Assembly: GCA_001029775.1 (NCBI GenBank)
Contig: CP011215.1
Span: forward strand, 490,303 to 554,302
Direction of reading: 5' to 3'
Origin: Candidatus Campbellbacteria bacterium GW2011_OD1_34_28
Lineage (GTDB): Bacteria > Patescibacteriota > Minisyncoccia > Phycocordibacterales > UBA12079
DNA: 64,000 bases
The notes under the pieces are model-generated. The model searched no databases and was not told where the DNA came from. It saw only the letters and a program-made list of their open reading frames with translations. Shown here piece after piece: positions 37,234 through 46,534 of the stretch. Numbering within the stretch: the stretch's first letter is position 1; every line of letters begins with the position of its first letter. The position numbers were made by a program, and so were the translations under genes.

Positions 37234-39723
37234 CTAGCCCAACTTATTTATCCAATACCTATATTGATCACTTTTGTCTTTATAATTTTTAAACAGATTA
37301 AAGCTGGCGGCGGCGTTTGATAATAGACAGATTCCTTTTCCGTTTTCATAAGCTTTACTGACCGCATTTTTCATATTGTTTACTTCAAAAATATTTCTAT
37401 TCTTTACATATTTAACCATTTCTTTTCCTGTTTCCGGAAAGATTATAAAGTTTTTTATCTCCGTTTTTGTTAGATATTTTGCAAAATTATCCAAAGGAAT
37501 ATTTCTGTTTAATCCGCCTAAAATTATTGTATTTACATTTTTTAGAGATTTTATTGATTCAATCGTTGCTTCTGGAATTGTTGCCAGTGAATCATCATAA
37601 AAGATTACACCTTTTTTTTCCATCACTTTTTCTAATCGCAGAGGTAAAGGCTTGAAGGTTTTTATAGAATCTTTTATTTTTTTGTCTGATAGCCCAAATT
37701 GTCTAGCGACGGTATAAGCAATAAAACAATTAAGTTGATTATGTTCTCCCTTCAATTCCGTCTTAAATTTTATTGGTGATTTTTTAAATTTTAATATTTG
37801 AGCTTTTGTTTTGTAATTATGATCGCTTGTATTGATGAATAAATTATTTTTGTTTTGGAAATTTGTGATGTTAAATTTTGCGTCTTTGTATTCATTAAAA
37901 TTTTCGTGATGATTAAGATGGTCGTGAAAAATATTAGTGAGGACTGCAATCTGGGGAGATTTTTCTAAGTGTTCACACTGAAAACTACTCATCTCATAAA
38001 TATAGACATTTTCTTTTTTGTTGTTCTTGTTTTCTAGAAAATTTAGTCCTGTTGTTCCTATATTCCCGATAAGGTATGAACCTTTTAAGATGTGATTAAT
38101 TAAACTTGATATAGTGCTCTTGCCTTTTGTCCCTGTAATTCCAATAACACTTCCTTTAATATTTTCCATAAAGAGGTTCGTGAGGCTTGATATTTTTGTG
38201 TTTTTTGATTTGATTTTTAATTTTATAGTTGGAATTCCGGGAGATTTATAAACAATTTTAAAATCAGCGGGAATTATTAGATTGTTATGAAAATTAATAT
38301 TACTTGGAAATCCTTCCCTCAAATGATCCTCGTCAAATATATGAATTTCTGTGTTTGGTCGTTTTTTAAAATATTCGTACAATGCCTTGCCTTCTGTTCC
38401 GAATCCGGCTATTGCAATTTTTTCTTTTAAAAATTTATTAGGAACCAGATGTTCTGTAGTTTCAGATGTTAAAATTTTGGAGTAATTGCTAGCTTTATCC
38501 GTATTTATTTTTTGTAAGATAGATGGAAGTTTTTTATATTTTTGTTTGGCTAAGTGAAGAGCGAGAAGTGTTTCTTCAATTGTCCCAACACAATCAAAAG
38601 GTTTGTTGTCTTTTTGTCCAACTAATTCTCTATACAAAGGTAATAGAGATTTATCTTTAAATAAATTTTTCCCAAAAATTTGTTCTGTGGTTTTTGAATC
38701 AATGAACGCATTTAATCCCGCAAATACAAAACCGCATTTAGCACATTTCCCACACCATTTTCCTGTTTTTAAACCAGGGTTACAACTTATAAATGAATTA
38801 AAATATTGTGGATATTCAACAAATTTTTTCATTATCTGAATATCATATAAATTTCTTAAAAGAGAAAAATAATTTATATCCGGGGATATGTATTTCTGTA
38901 TATATTCGTGTATTTGTTTTTCAAATTCAAAACTTTTTGAATATTGATGGTTTATTTCTACTCCCAAATATTTTAAGTTGCCTGTGTTAGCACTTCTTTC
39001 ATTCGATAATATTATGTATTTAAAACCATATATTTGAGCCACTAGCGTAGCACTAAATGCGTAAACTGAGGATATCGGGACATGCCCGTTGTAAGCACCT
39101 TTTTTGTTAAGGTTTGTTATTTCTTTGAAGTTTTTTTGTACATCTCTACCTAGAAATATTTTTTTATTATTTTTTGATGTTTTAATGACTTGTTTTGTTG
39201 CTTTATTTGGCTCTATCGCAAACCAAGTAAAATCAAAACCTTTTTCTCTGAGTATTTCTGCACTTACAATACTGTCTTTACCTCCTCCGATTGGAAGCAG
39301 GACGCTCTCTCTTTTGGGGGACATCCGATGCCCCCCAATTTTTAAGTGAGGTGCTTTTGGATCAATCTTTATGTTTATTAAATTTCTGAAATCAATTTTA
39401 TTTTTATAAAAAAATTCACCCAAACCTTTTTCGTAGAGATTTTCCCAGAACTTTATTTGGACTTTATCTAGATACCCAGCTTTTATTGTGATTTTTGGAG
39501 AGCAATATGCTTTGTAGAAACTGGGCAATTCTGCCATCCCTAAATTAAATACAGCTGATGCAATTTTTGATGTATTTTTAACCTTGCTTAAATCTATTTT
39601 TATTTCTGGATTAAAATAAATTTTGTCGTCAAAAGAATAATGAAAAACTATTCTATTTTTCTTTTTATTTATATTAAATCCGTGAAATATGAATTCTTTA
39701 TAGGTTTCTTTTGATTCAGACAT
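37234..39723 (-). CDS. MurL-like epimerase fused to MurD-type ligase
   Basis: N-half GGGKDS, NGHVP, SNERSA, NHQYSKS, SCN..WCGKCAKC, KPFDCVG; C-half SPGIP, GITGTKGKST, EMSSFQ, DHL, DDSLAT. Confidence 0.8.
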   Translation of the reverse strand: MSESKETYKEFIFHGFNINKKKNRIVFHYSFDDKIYFNPEIKIDLSKVKNTSKIASAVFNLGMAELPSFYKAYCSPKITIKAGYLDKVQIKFWENLYEKGLGEFFYKNKIDFRNLINIKIDPKAPHLKIGGHRMSPKRESVLLPIGGGKDSIVSAEILREKGFDFTWFAIEPNKATKQVIKTSKNNKKIFLGRDVQKNFKEITNLNKKGAYNGHVPISSVYAFSATLVAQIYGFKYIILSNERSANTGNLKYLGVEINHQYSKSFEFEKQIHEYIQKYISPDINYFSLLRNLYDIQIMKKFVEYPQYFNSFISCNPGLKTGKWCGKCAKCGFVFAGLNAFIDSKTTEQIFGKNLFKDKSLLPLYRELVGQKDNKPFDCVGTIEETLLALHLAKQKYKKLPSILQKINTDKASNYSKILTSETTEHLVPNKFLKEKIAIAGFGTEGKALYEYFKKRPNTEIHIFDEDHLREGFPSNINFHNNLIIPADFKIVYKSPGIPTIKLKIKSKNTKISSLTNLFMENIKGSVIGITGTKGKSTISSLINHILKGSYLIGNIGTTGLNFLENKNNKKENVYIYEMSSFQCEHLEKSPQIAVLTNIFHDHLNHHENFNEYKDAKFNITNFQNKNNLFINTSDHNYKTKAQILKFKKSPIKFKTELKGEHNQLNCFIAYTVARQFGLSDKKIKDSIKTFKPLPLRLEKVMEKKGVIFYDDSLATIPEATIESIKSLKNVNTIILGGLNRNIPLDNFAKYLTKTEIKNFIIFPETGKEMVKYVKNRNIFEVNNMKNAVSKAYENGKGICLLSNAAASFNLFKNYKDKSDQYRYWINKLG

Positions 39724-39778
39724 AATTTTATGCGATAATTGTTGTAATTATATACCAGTAAAGAATAAAAGATAAATT

Positions 39779-40948
39779 ATGTTTTTTAAAAAGAAAGAAA
39801 GAAGGGTTTTTTTGGATCACGCTACAACTACGCCTGTTAGAAAAGAAGTCTTGAAAGTAATGGAACCTTATTGGAATGAAAAATTTGGAAATCCAGGTAC
39901 AATTCACAGGTTTGGGGTAGAAGCCAAAAAAGCACTAGATGAATCAAGAAAAAAGATTTCTCAGATTTTAAAATGTCACAGCGATGAAGTGATTTTTACT
40001 GCGAGTGGAACAGAATCAAACTCGTTGGCGATTTTTGGTTTCCTAGACAAACAAGAGGAAAATGGAGCCGATTTTAAAAAAATGCATATTATTACAACAA
40101 AGATGGAACATCCGTCTATTCTTGCTTGGTTTGCACGTTTTGAAAGAAAAGGTATAAAAGTTTCTTATATTGATATTGATAAAGAGGGGATTGTTGATTT
40201 AAAACAATTTAGAAAATTGCTTACTCCCGAGACAATTTTTGTTTCTGTAATGTGTGTAAACAACGAAATAGGAACAGTTCAGCCGATTTCAAAAATAGCA
40301 CATATTATAAAAGATTTTAATCGCGACAATAAAGCAAAAATAATTTTACATAGTGACGCTAGTCAGGCACCTTTGTATTTGAAATTGGATGTACATAGTT
40401 TGGGCGTGGATATGCTGACAATAGATGGACAAAAAATCTATGGACCAAAGGGGGTAGGGGCTTTGTTCAAAAAAAGAGGTATTGAAATCAATCCCTTGTT
40501 GGCAGGAGGCAGTCAAGAAATGGGACTTCGTGCAGGAACAGAAAATATTCCTTTGGTTGTTGGTTTGGCAAAAGCTTTTGAATTGGCGGAAAATGAAAGA
40601 GAAAAAGAATCAGAGAGATTGATAAAATTGAGAGACAAATTTATTGATAGAATTTTAATAGAAATCCCAGGATCAGTTTTGAACGGAAGTAAAACCGAAA
40701 GAATCCCAAGTAATGTAAATATTTCTATTCCTAATATTGATAGTGAATACATGATAATCAAGCTAGATGCAAAAGGAGTTGCTTGTTCTTCAAAGAGTGC
40801 GTGTATGGGAAGAATAAAAAGTGCTTCTTATGTGATAGAAGCATTGGGTAACGACATGGGCAATTCTTTGCGATTTAATTTGGGAAAAAGTACAACAGAA
40901 AAAGATATTGATTATGTTGTTGATATGATAAAACAAAGCATTAAGTAG
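39779..40948 (+). CDS. iscS: cysteine desulfurase (IscS/NifS family)
   Basis: LDHATTTP, QKIYGPKG, RAGTEN, SSKSAC. Confidence 0.9.
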   Translation: MFFKKKERRVFLDHATTTPVRKEVLKVMEPYWNEKFGNPGTIHRFGVEAKKALDESRKKISQILKCHSDEVIFTASGTESNSLAIFGFLDKQEENGADFKKMHIITTKMEHPSILAWFARFERKGIKVSYIDIDKEGIVDLKQFRKLLTPETIFVSVMCVNNEIGTVQPISKIAHIIKDFNRDNKAKIILHSDASQAPLYLKLDVHSLGVDMLTIDGQKIYGPKGVGALFKKRGIEINPLLAGGSQEMGLRAGTENIPLVVGLAKAFELAENEREKESERLIKLRDKFIDRILIEIPGSVLNGSKTERIPSNVNISIPNIDSEYMIIKLDAKGVACSSKSACMGRIKSASYVIEALGNDMGNSLRFNLGKSTTEKDIDYVVDMIKQSIK

Positions 40949-40953
40949 TTTTT

Positions 40954-41307
40954 ATGAACAAAGAAAAAATTTTTAAAAATCATAGAGCCGAGCCGTATTT
41001 TACTTTTGTTAAAAAAGGAATAAAAACAGTAGAAGGTAGATTGAACAAAGGAAAATATAAAGAGATTCAACCCAAAGACCATATTGTTGTTTTTAATAAT
41101 GAGGAAACAGAAAGTTTTGAAGTTGTCGTCGTTGGCGTGAGAAATTATTTTTCTTTCAAAGAGTTGTTAGAAAAAGAGGGATTAAAAAAAGTTTTACCAA
41201 ATGCAGAAACTTTGGAAGAGGGAAGTAATATTTATCGAGAATTTTATTCAGAAGAAGATGAAAAAAATTTTGGCGTGGTGGCTATTGAAGTGGAAGTTGT
41301 TAAATAG
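40954..41307 (+). CDS. ASCH domain protein
   Basis: GIKTVEGRL...GVVAIE. Confidence 0.85.
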   Translation: MNKEKIFKNHRAEPYFTFVKKGIKTVEGRLNKGKYKEIQPKDHIVVFNNEETESFEVVVVGVRNYFSFKELLEKEGLKKVLPNAETLEEGSNIYREFYSEEDEKNFGVVAIEVEVVK

Positions 41308-41343
41308 TGTGAGGTGTTTGACACCTTGAATAAGAAAAGTAAT

Positions 41344-41467
41344 AAAAAAAGCACCACATGGGTGGTGCTATATATGTGGATCCTGTGTTGCTAAGCAACT
41401 GGGATCCGAATGAGCTATAAAGGACTGGTTGAGAGCGAAAGTTTAGTTTTTATTTCTTCCTCTCTCA
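41344..41467 (-). ncRNA. candidate sRNA
   Basis: TTGACA-16-TACAAT promoter, hairpins, terminator, no ORF. Confidence 0.5.
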
Positions 41468-41486
41468 CTTATATTGTAGCAAGCGG

Positions 41487-41642
41487 TCACTTTTTGTCAA
41501 GTATTTTTTGACGATTTTTTGTTGGGATTGGAGACAAAACCTCTCTTATTTTGCTAGTGGTAACAGAGGTAATATTTGAATGGAAACCTTCTGTAATTTT
41601 TCCGTGATGTCCTTCGCCAAAAAATACTTTTTTCTTTTTCAT
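41487..41642 (-). CDS. 51-aa orphan peptide (not in ORF track)
   Basis: GAGGAG SD; MKKKKVFFGEGHHGK...ILDKK*. Confidence 0.45.
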   Translation of the reverse strand: MKKKKVFFGEGHHGKITEGFHSNITSVTTSKIREVLSPIPTKNRQKILDKK

Positions 41643-41818
41643 ACAGGAATCTCCTCGTTGTTATCGTATTTTGGTTTATATTTACCTAAACAAAGATTAT
41701 CTGAAAAAAATTGTAAATACAAGTCTGCTTCAGTCTTATTGACACAAAAGGAAATTTTGCGTAACCTTGTTGAAGGTGTTTGTTATTGTAATAATACTAG
41801 GAAAAAAAGGAGATAAAA

Positions 41819-42037
41819 ATGAATAAAGGTAGCGCTGGATATGAAATAGCAAAATATTTACAGGATAAAGGAGGAAAAGATTCGTTTATTAATATCGTCG
41901 ATTCGCTTAAATGGGACACTGGATTCACAAATGCTGTGGTTCGAGACATGAAAGATCTTCGTAAAACGATTGAAGTCAAAGGTGGCATGGTTTATTTAAC
42001 AGATGTAGGTGTCGCCGAATTGGCAAGATTACAATAA
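41819..42037 (+). CDS. small orphan protein, possible winged helix
   Basis: AAGGAG SD; C-terminal VYLTDVG motif. Confidence 0.65.
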   Translation: MNKGSAGYEIAKYLQDKGGKDSFINIVDSLKWDTGFTNAVVRDMKDLRKTIEVKGGMVYLTDVGVAELARLQ

Positions 42038-42078
42038 AATGGTTTTTTGTATAAAAAACCCTCCTTCTTGGAGGGTTT

Positions 42079-43290
42079 TTATAATGCCAAATTTCCTTCT
42101 GCTCTGATCTTTCCCGTTTTGTTTGGTAGTAGAATCTTGTTATCTAAATATCTAAAATAACTCGCAATTCCTATCATCACGGCATTGTCAGTAGAGTGTT
42201 TTGCATCGGGTATCAAAATATTAATACTCAATTCTTTTTCCAATTTTTTAAATTCTTTTCGTATTTTTTTATTTGCGGTTACACCACCTCCCAAAATCAA
42301 TGTCTTTATATCATTTTTTGCGATAGCTTTTTTTGTTTTTAAAAGTAGTACATCTACAACTGCATCTTCAAATTCTGCACAAATTTCTTTTTTTATTTCG
42401 GGCGTCACTTTTTTAATATTTTTGACGGTATACAAAACAGCCGTTTTTAATCCGGAAAAAGAAAAATCAAAGTCGTTTGTATGAAGCATTGGACGAGGTA
42501 GAGTAAAGTTTTTAGTTTTTAGTTTTAAGTTTTTAGAGAATTCTTCGGAAAGTTTTGATATTTCAGGACCGCCTGGGTAGGGGAGGCCGAGCATTCTTGC
42601 TACTTTGTCATAAGCTTCACCGACAGCATCATCTCTGGTTTGACCGATCAATTTATAATCCATCCAATCCTTAATCAGCACTAACTCTGTATGACCTCCA
42701 CTTATCAATAAACCAAGAGCAGGAAACTCAACTCCTTTATACTTGCTACTTGTTACTTTTGACTTGAGGAGCGAAGCGACGAGGTGTCCTTCCATATGAT
42801 TAACAGGAATAAAAGGTTTGTCCCACGCCAGTGCCAAAGCTTTTGCAAAATTTATTCCTGTCCAAAGAGCCGGTTCCAACCCTGGTCCTTGTGTCACAGC
42901 GATTGCATCAATTTTGGGAATTTTGTGTGTTTTAACAAATTCTAACAACGGTTCGGCTATCTCAATTTCTCTTTCTAGTATTTTATGTATCTTATTTGTT
43001 GTTTGTTTGGAAATTGGAAATTGGAAATTGAAAATTTTATTTTTGGAATTGCTTACGGGATTTAATAGACCCCCTTTTTTTAATGTTGTTAAAAGAATCG
43101 GTAATAAATTCTTAGTGTGCTCCCTTTTTGCGAGAGCAGGGAAGACACCCCCATACTCTTTGTGGATATTTATTTGAGAAATAATAGTATCAGCAATAAT
43201 CTTGAACTGAGGTTTTTTTAATCCTCCTTTTGCTTCAATTATGCTAATTGCTGTTTCATCGCAACTTGTTTCTATTGCTAATATCTTCAT
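42079..43290 (-). CDS. tsaD: tRNA threonylcarbamoyltransferase TsaD
   Basis: IETSCDET, HMEGH, SGGHT, DDAVGEAYDK, FSFSGLKT, TDNAVMI. Confidence 0.96.
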   Translation of the reverse strand: MKILAIETSCDETAISIIEAKGGLKKPQFKIIADTIISQINIHKEYGGVFPALAKREHTKNLLPILLTTLKKGGLLNPVSNSKNKIFNFQFPISKQTTNKIHKILEREIEIAEPLLEFVKTHKIPKIDAIAVTQGPGLEPALWTGINFAKALALAWDKPFIPVNHMEGHLVASLLKSKVTSSKYKGVEFPALGLLISGGHTELVLIKDWMDYKLIGQTRDDAVGEAYDKVARMLGLPYPGGPEISKLSEEFSKNLKLKTKNFTLPRPMLHTNDFDFSFSGLKTAVLYTVKNIKKVTPEIKKEICAEFEDAVVDVLLLKTKKAIAKNDIKTLILGGGVTANKKIRKEFKKLEKELSINILIPDAKHSTDNAVMIGIASYFRYLDNKILLPNKTGKIRAEGNLAL

Positions 43291-43596
43291 AAAATTAATA
43301 TACTAATATACGAATTATACTAATAATACAAATGAATACAAATTTTGGCGGTCCTTATTCGTAAATATTTGTATCATTCGTAACATTTGTATATTTGTAT
43401 GTTTACCTCGGTTATGCACATTTCTTTTTTAGAAAAATGTTATATTCTTTTATATGGAAACAGTACGATATGTTTATATTTTTTCAGGCAGAAAAAAATA
43501 GACATTAAAATTTATTGGCTTGTTAGACACAGGCCTACACAAAAACAAAAATCCTCTCGCAATGAGAGGATTTTTGTTTTTGAGAACCAATAAAAT

Positions 43597-44328
43597 TTAA
43601 GATCTAAAGTCCAAAATAAAAGTTGATTGTATTATATAGTCTGAATTTTTTAACGTCTCTTTTGTTTTTTTTGCGTCGTTATCCTGAAGAGAATATTTTT
43701 CTATTAGTAATTCCGCCAAGCCATTAATTTTTCTACTTTGAATAATTTTATATTTAATATTTTCTTTTTTTAATATACCCTCAATTTCTGCTTCTGTACT
43801 AAAATAAAAATCTTTTCTTTCAAGAAGTTCCACTATTCCACTAAATAATTTATGAGAAGAAATTTGAAGTTCATCCGGATTTTTTTTATCCGCACCTTGA
43901 TGTTGAATAATTGCAATTCCTTTTGTTAGCCTCTTTATTTCAGAGATAATTTTAATTTGATCTTCTAACGAATTCCATGCCAAGACATATCTCGAAATGG
44001 TCATATCAAATTTTTTATTTTCTAATGGAATTTGTTTTGCATCACTTATAATTTTATAATCAGCAATGTTTTTGTCTAAGTCTAGGTTATCTAAGTCTAT
44101 TGCGGTAGTGTTAAAATCATATTCTGTCAAATTCAACATTAAATCTCGCAAAAGTTCTCCTTTGTGGCTTCCAATATCTAACAGCATATATTTCCCTTTT
44201 TTAAACTCATTTTTTATTATGTCAGAAAATAATTTTGAAGACTCTCCATAAATTAATTTTATGGTTTTATTGGTAGAAAATCCGTGAAATAACTTTTCAG
44301 AAAAAGCTCCTTGTATTTTTTGAAACAT
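43597..44328 (-). CDS. class I SAM-dependent methyltransferase
   Basis: LLDIGSHKG motif I, FDMTISRYVL. Confidence 0.75.
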   Translation of the reverse strand: MFQKIQGAFSEKLFHGFSTNKTIKLIYGESSKLFSDIIKNEFKKGKYMLLDIGSHKGELLRDLMLNLTEYDFNTTAIDLDNLDLDKNIADYKIISDAKQIPLENKKFDMTISRYVLAWNSLEDQIKIISEIKRLTKGIAIIQHQGADKKNPDELQISSHKLFSGIVELLERKDFYFSTEAEIEGILKKENIKYKIIQSRKINGLAELLIEKYSLQDNDAKKTKETLKNSDYIIQSTFILDFRS

Positions 44329-44390
44329 GATATGAGATTATTTATAATCTAGAGGATTCTTATTTTGCTTGTTTAGGAATGCTTCGCATA

Positions 44391-44565
44391 CTAAATCTGT
44401 GTGGACACAAATCACTAAATATTTTTTTCGCCCTTTGGGCTCAAAAATATCTAAGTGTTTGTCGTCCTCGGCTCGCGGTTTTTGTCTCTTTGTGAGAGAC
44501 AAAAACATTGCTCCGCCTTCACAAAGCTAAAAAAGCAAAGCAGTTTGCTTTTTCTTAACGCTTTG
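44391..44565 (-). repeat. tRNA-linked structured element (Glu subtype)
   Basis: colinear with 3814-4026, with compensatory stem changes. Confidence 0.85.
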
Positions 44566-44637
44566 TGACCCCACAGAGAATTGAACTCTGGTTAACAGAT
44601 TGAAAACCTGCTGTCCTAACCACTAGACGATGGGGCC
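44566..44637 (-). tRNA. tRNA-Glu(TTC)
   Basis: GGCCCCA/TGGGGTC acceptor, TTC anticodon. Confidence 0.95.
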
Positions 44638-44724
44638 AACAATGAATTTCTAATAAGAAAATCACGTTCAAAATTATACCAACTTTTTTAAAAAATGCAA
44701 AAAAGTGTTAAACTATTTGCCGAT

Positions 44725-44811
44725 GGAAGTGTGGCTGAGTGGCTGAAGGCATCGCTTTCGAAAAGCGACATGCGGGAAACCGCATCAGGGGTTCGAATCC
44801 TCTCACTTCCG
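44725..44811 (+). tRNA. tRNA-Ser(CGA)
   Basis: GGAAGTG/CACTTCC acceptor, CGA anticodon, variable arm. Confidence 0.95.
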
Positions 44812-44860
44812 CACAACTAAAACAAAAAAGTCCTCTCATTGCGAGAGGACTTTTTGTTTT

Positions 44861-45415
44861 TTAAATTGTTTTGTTTTTAAATTTAGAAACGTCTTGTTTT
44901 TCAATGAGTTCCATAAATTCTAGAATTTCACCTGTGTAAGAGGGAATAACTGAACCATTGTAATGATACAATTTTTCTTCTGTTGTTGTTCCTTCGTAAT
45001 AATGAGATGTATTTTTATTATTTCCTCCTAGGTTGTGAGCGATTGTTTCTATCGCTGTATCCCAAGATTCAAATTTTATTTTACATGATCCCCATCCAAA
45101 TGGGTTATAACCGCAAGCAAACTTTCCACCTGTGGATTCTTTGATAGCAATGGCTGGAACCAATCTCCAGTCAAGGTCATTTTTTTCTGCTTCGGTCACC
45201 ATTTTTTCACCGTAACCTTCCAAGGGCATACCTCGTTGGGCAAAATAAGCATCAATTTTTTCTGCACGCTCTATGTTGATTGATACAGAAGTCTCGACAG
45301 CTTTATCTTGCGATTTGCTCATTGTCTGTTGATAAAGAGCCATGAACGGGGAAACGATTGAGAAGATAGGAATAAATGTTAACCCTTGTGCATACCTAAT
45401 TATTTTATTTTCCAT
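44861..45415 (-). CDS. lysozyme-like/glucosaminidase-fold secreted protein
   Basis: LVPAIAIKESTGG, NPFGWG, YN motif. Confidence 0.65.
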   Translation of the reverse strand: MENKIIRYAQGLTFIPIFSIVSPFMALYQQTMSKSQDKAVETSVSINIERAEKIDAYFAQRGMPLEGYGEKMVTEAEKNDLDWRLVPAIAIKESTGGKFACGYNPFGWGSCKIKFESWDTAIETIAHNLGGNNKNTSHYYEGTTTEEKLYHYNGSVIPSYTGEILEFMELIEKQDVSKFKNKTI

Positions 45416-45748
45416 AATATAGCGGTTTCGCTCCGCAAACTCCTTAATGAAATATCAGGGCTTACTAAATAAAAGAAAAGTCCTATATAGGACCGCCAAG
45501 ATATTGCGTATATACTACTATGAACAATATAAAAAGTCAATGATTTTTGGCATTATTTTTGTATGAAATCATTAAAAAAACCAATAATATTAAGGCTTTT
45601 TTGGTATTATAAAAGAAGCTGATAGCGAAGACGAACCATCGTCGTCTTTGCGAACCGGAGGTGAAGCAATCCACTTTATTTCATGATTCAAAATAAATTA
45701 GGGTAAGTTTGTGGATATAAAAATTTAATCATTTGCTATAATTTATTT

Positions 45749-46207
45749 ATGAATAAAACACTTAAATTAATATCTGTGATTTTGATTTGTCACATGGCAG
45801 GTATTTTGGGAGCATTTTTTACGACACCACAAATAGATGGTTGGTACAGCATTCTGATAAAACCATCTTTTAACCCACCTAGTTGGATTTTTGGACCCGT
45901 ATGGCTGACTCTCTATACTTTGATGGGGATTTCTTTATTTTTAATTTGGCAAAATAAAGGAAACAAAAAAGCGGTAAATTGGTTTTATTTACAGCTTTTA
46001 TTAAATGCTAGCTGGTCCATTATTTTCTTCGGCGCTCATGAATTGTTTTTGGCTTTTATAATTATCTTGGCATTAATTCTTTCTGTTATAAAAACAATGT
46101 TGGAATTTTGGAAAATAAACAAAACATCTGTTTATTTACTTGTTCCATATTTATTGTGGATTTCTTTCGCAGGATTTTTGAACTACAGTATTTGGATACT
46201 CAACTAG
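45749..46207 (+). CDS. tspO: TspO/MBR family membrane protein
   Basis: WY..L.KPSFNPPSWIFGPVW, PYLLW. Confidence 0.93.
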   Translation: MNKTLKLISVILICHMAGILGAFFTTPQIDGWYSILIKPSFNPPSWIFGPVWLTLYTLMGISLFLIWQNKGNKKAVNWFYLQLLLNASWSIIFFGAHELFLAFIIILALILSVIKTMLEFWKINKTSVYLLVPYLLWISFAGFLNYSIWILN

Positions 46208-46238
46208 AAAAATGAAAAGCTGCTAGCTTGTAGCCAAT

Positions 46239-46282
46239 ACCTGCCTGCCGTGTCGTTGCTTTTCTTTCAGAAAAGAGGCAGG
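46239..46282 (+). repeat. 44-bp CCTGCC...GGCAGG dispersed repeat, copy 2
   Basis: identical to 3675-3718. Confidence 0.9.
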
Positions 46283-46397
46283 GTTGATAGTGGTAATCAA
46301 AATGAGTTTACAGTTTACAGCAAAGACGGAAGAATTTTGGCAAAGCCAAAATTCTTCCGCACTTGCTACTTGATACTAGCTACTTTATACTTGGTTC

Positions 46398-46504
46398 AGT
46401 GTATTGGGCAAAAGTGTGCTGTTACCATCACGGCCAAAACTCTCCAGCGCGCATCTCTTTTATTTGCCTTTTTACACAAAACCCGCCATTCGGCGGGTTT
46501 TTTT
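46398..46504 (+). ncRNA. candidate sRNA
   Basis: TTGCTA-17-TATACT, long irregular hairpin GTGTA...TACAC, terminator. Confidence 0.4.
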
Positions 46505-46534
46505 ACTTGCTACTTATTACTCAGCACTTTTTAC

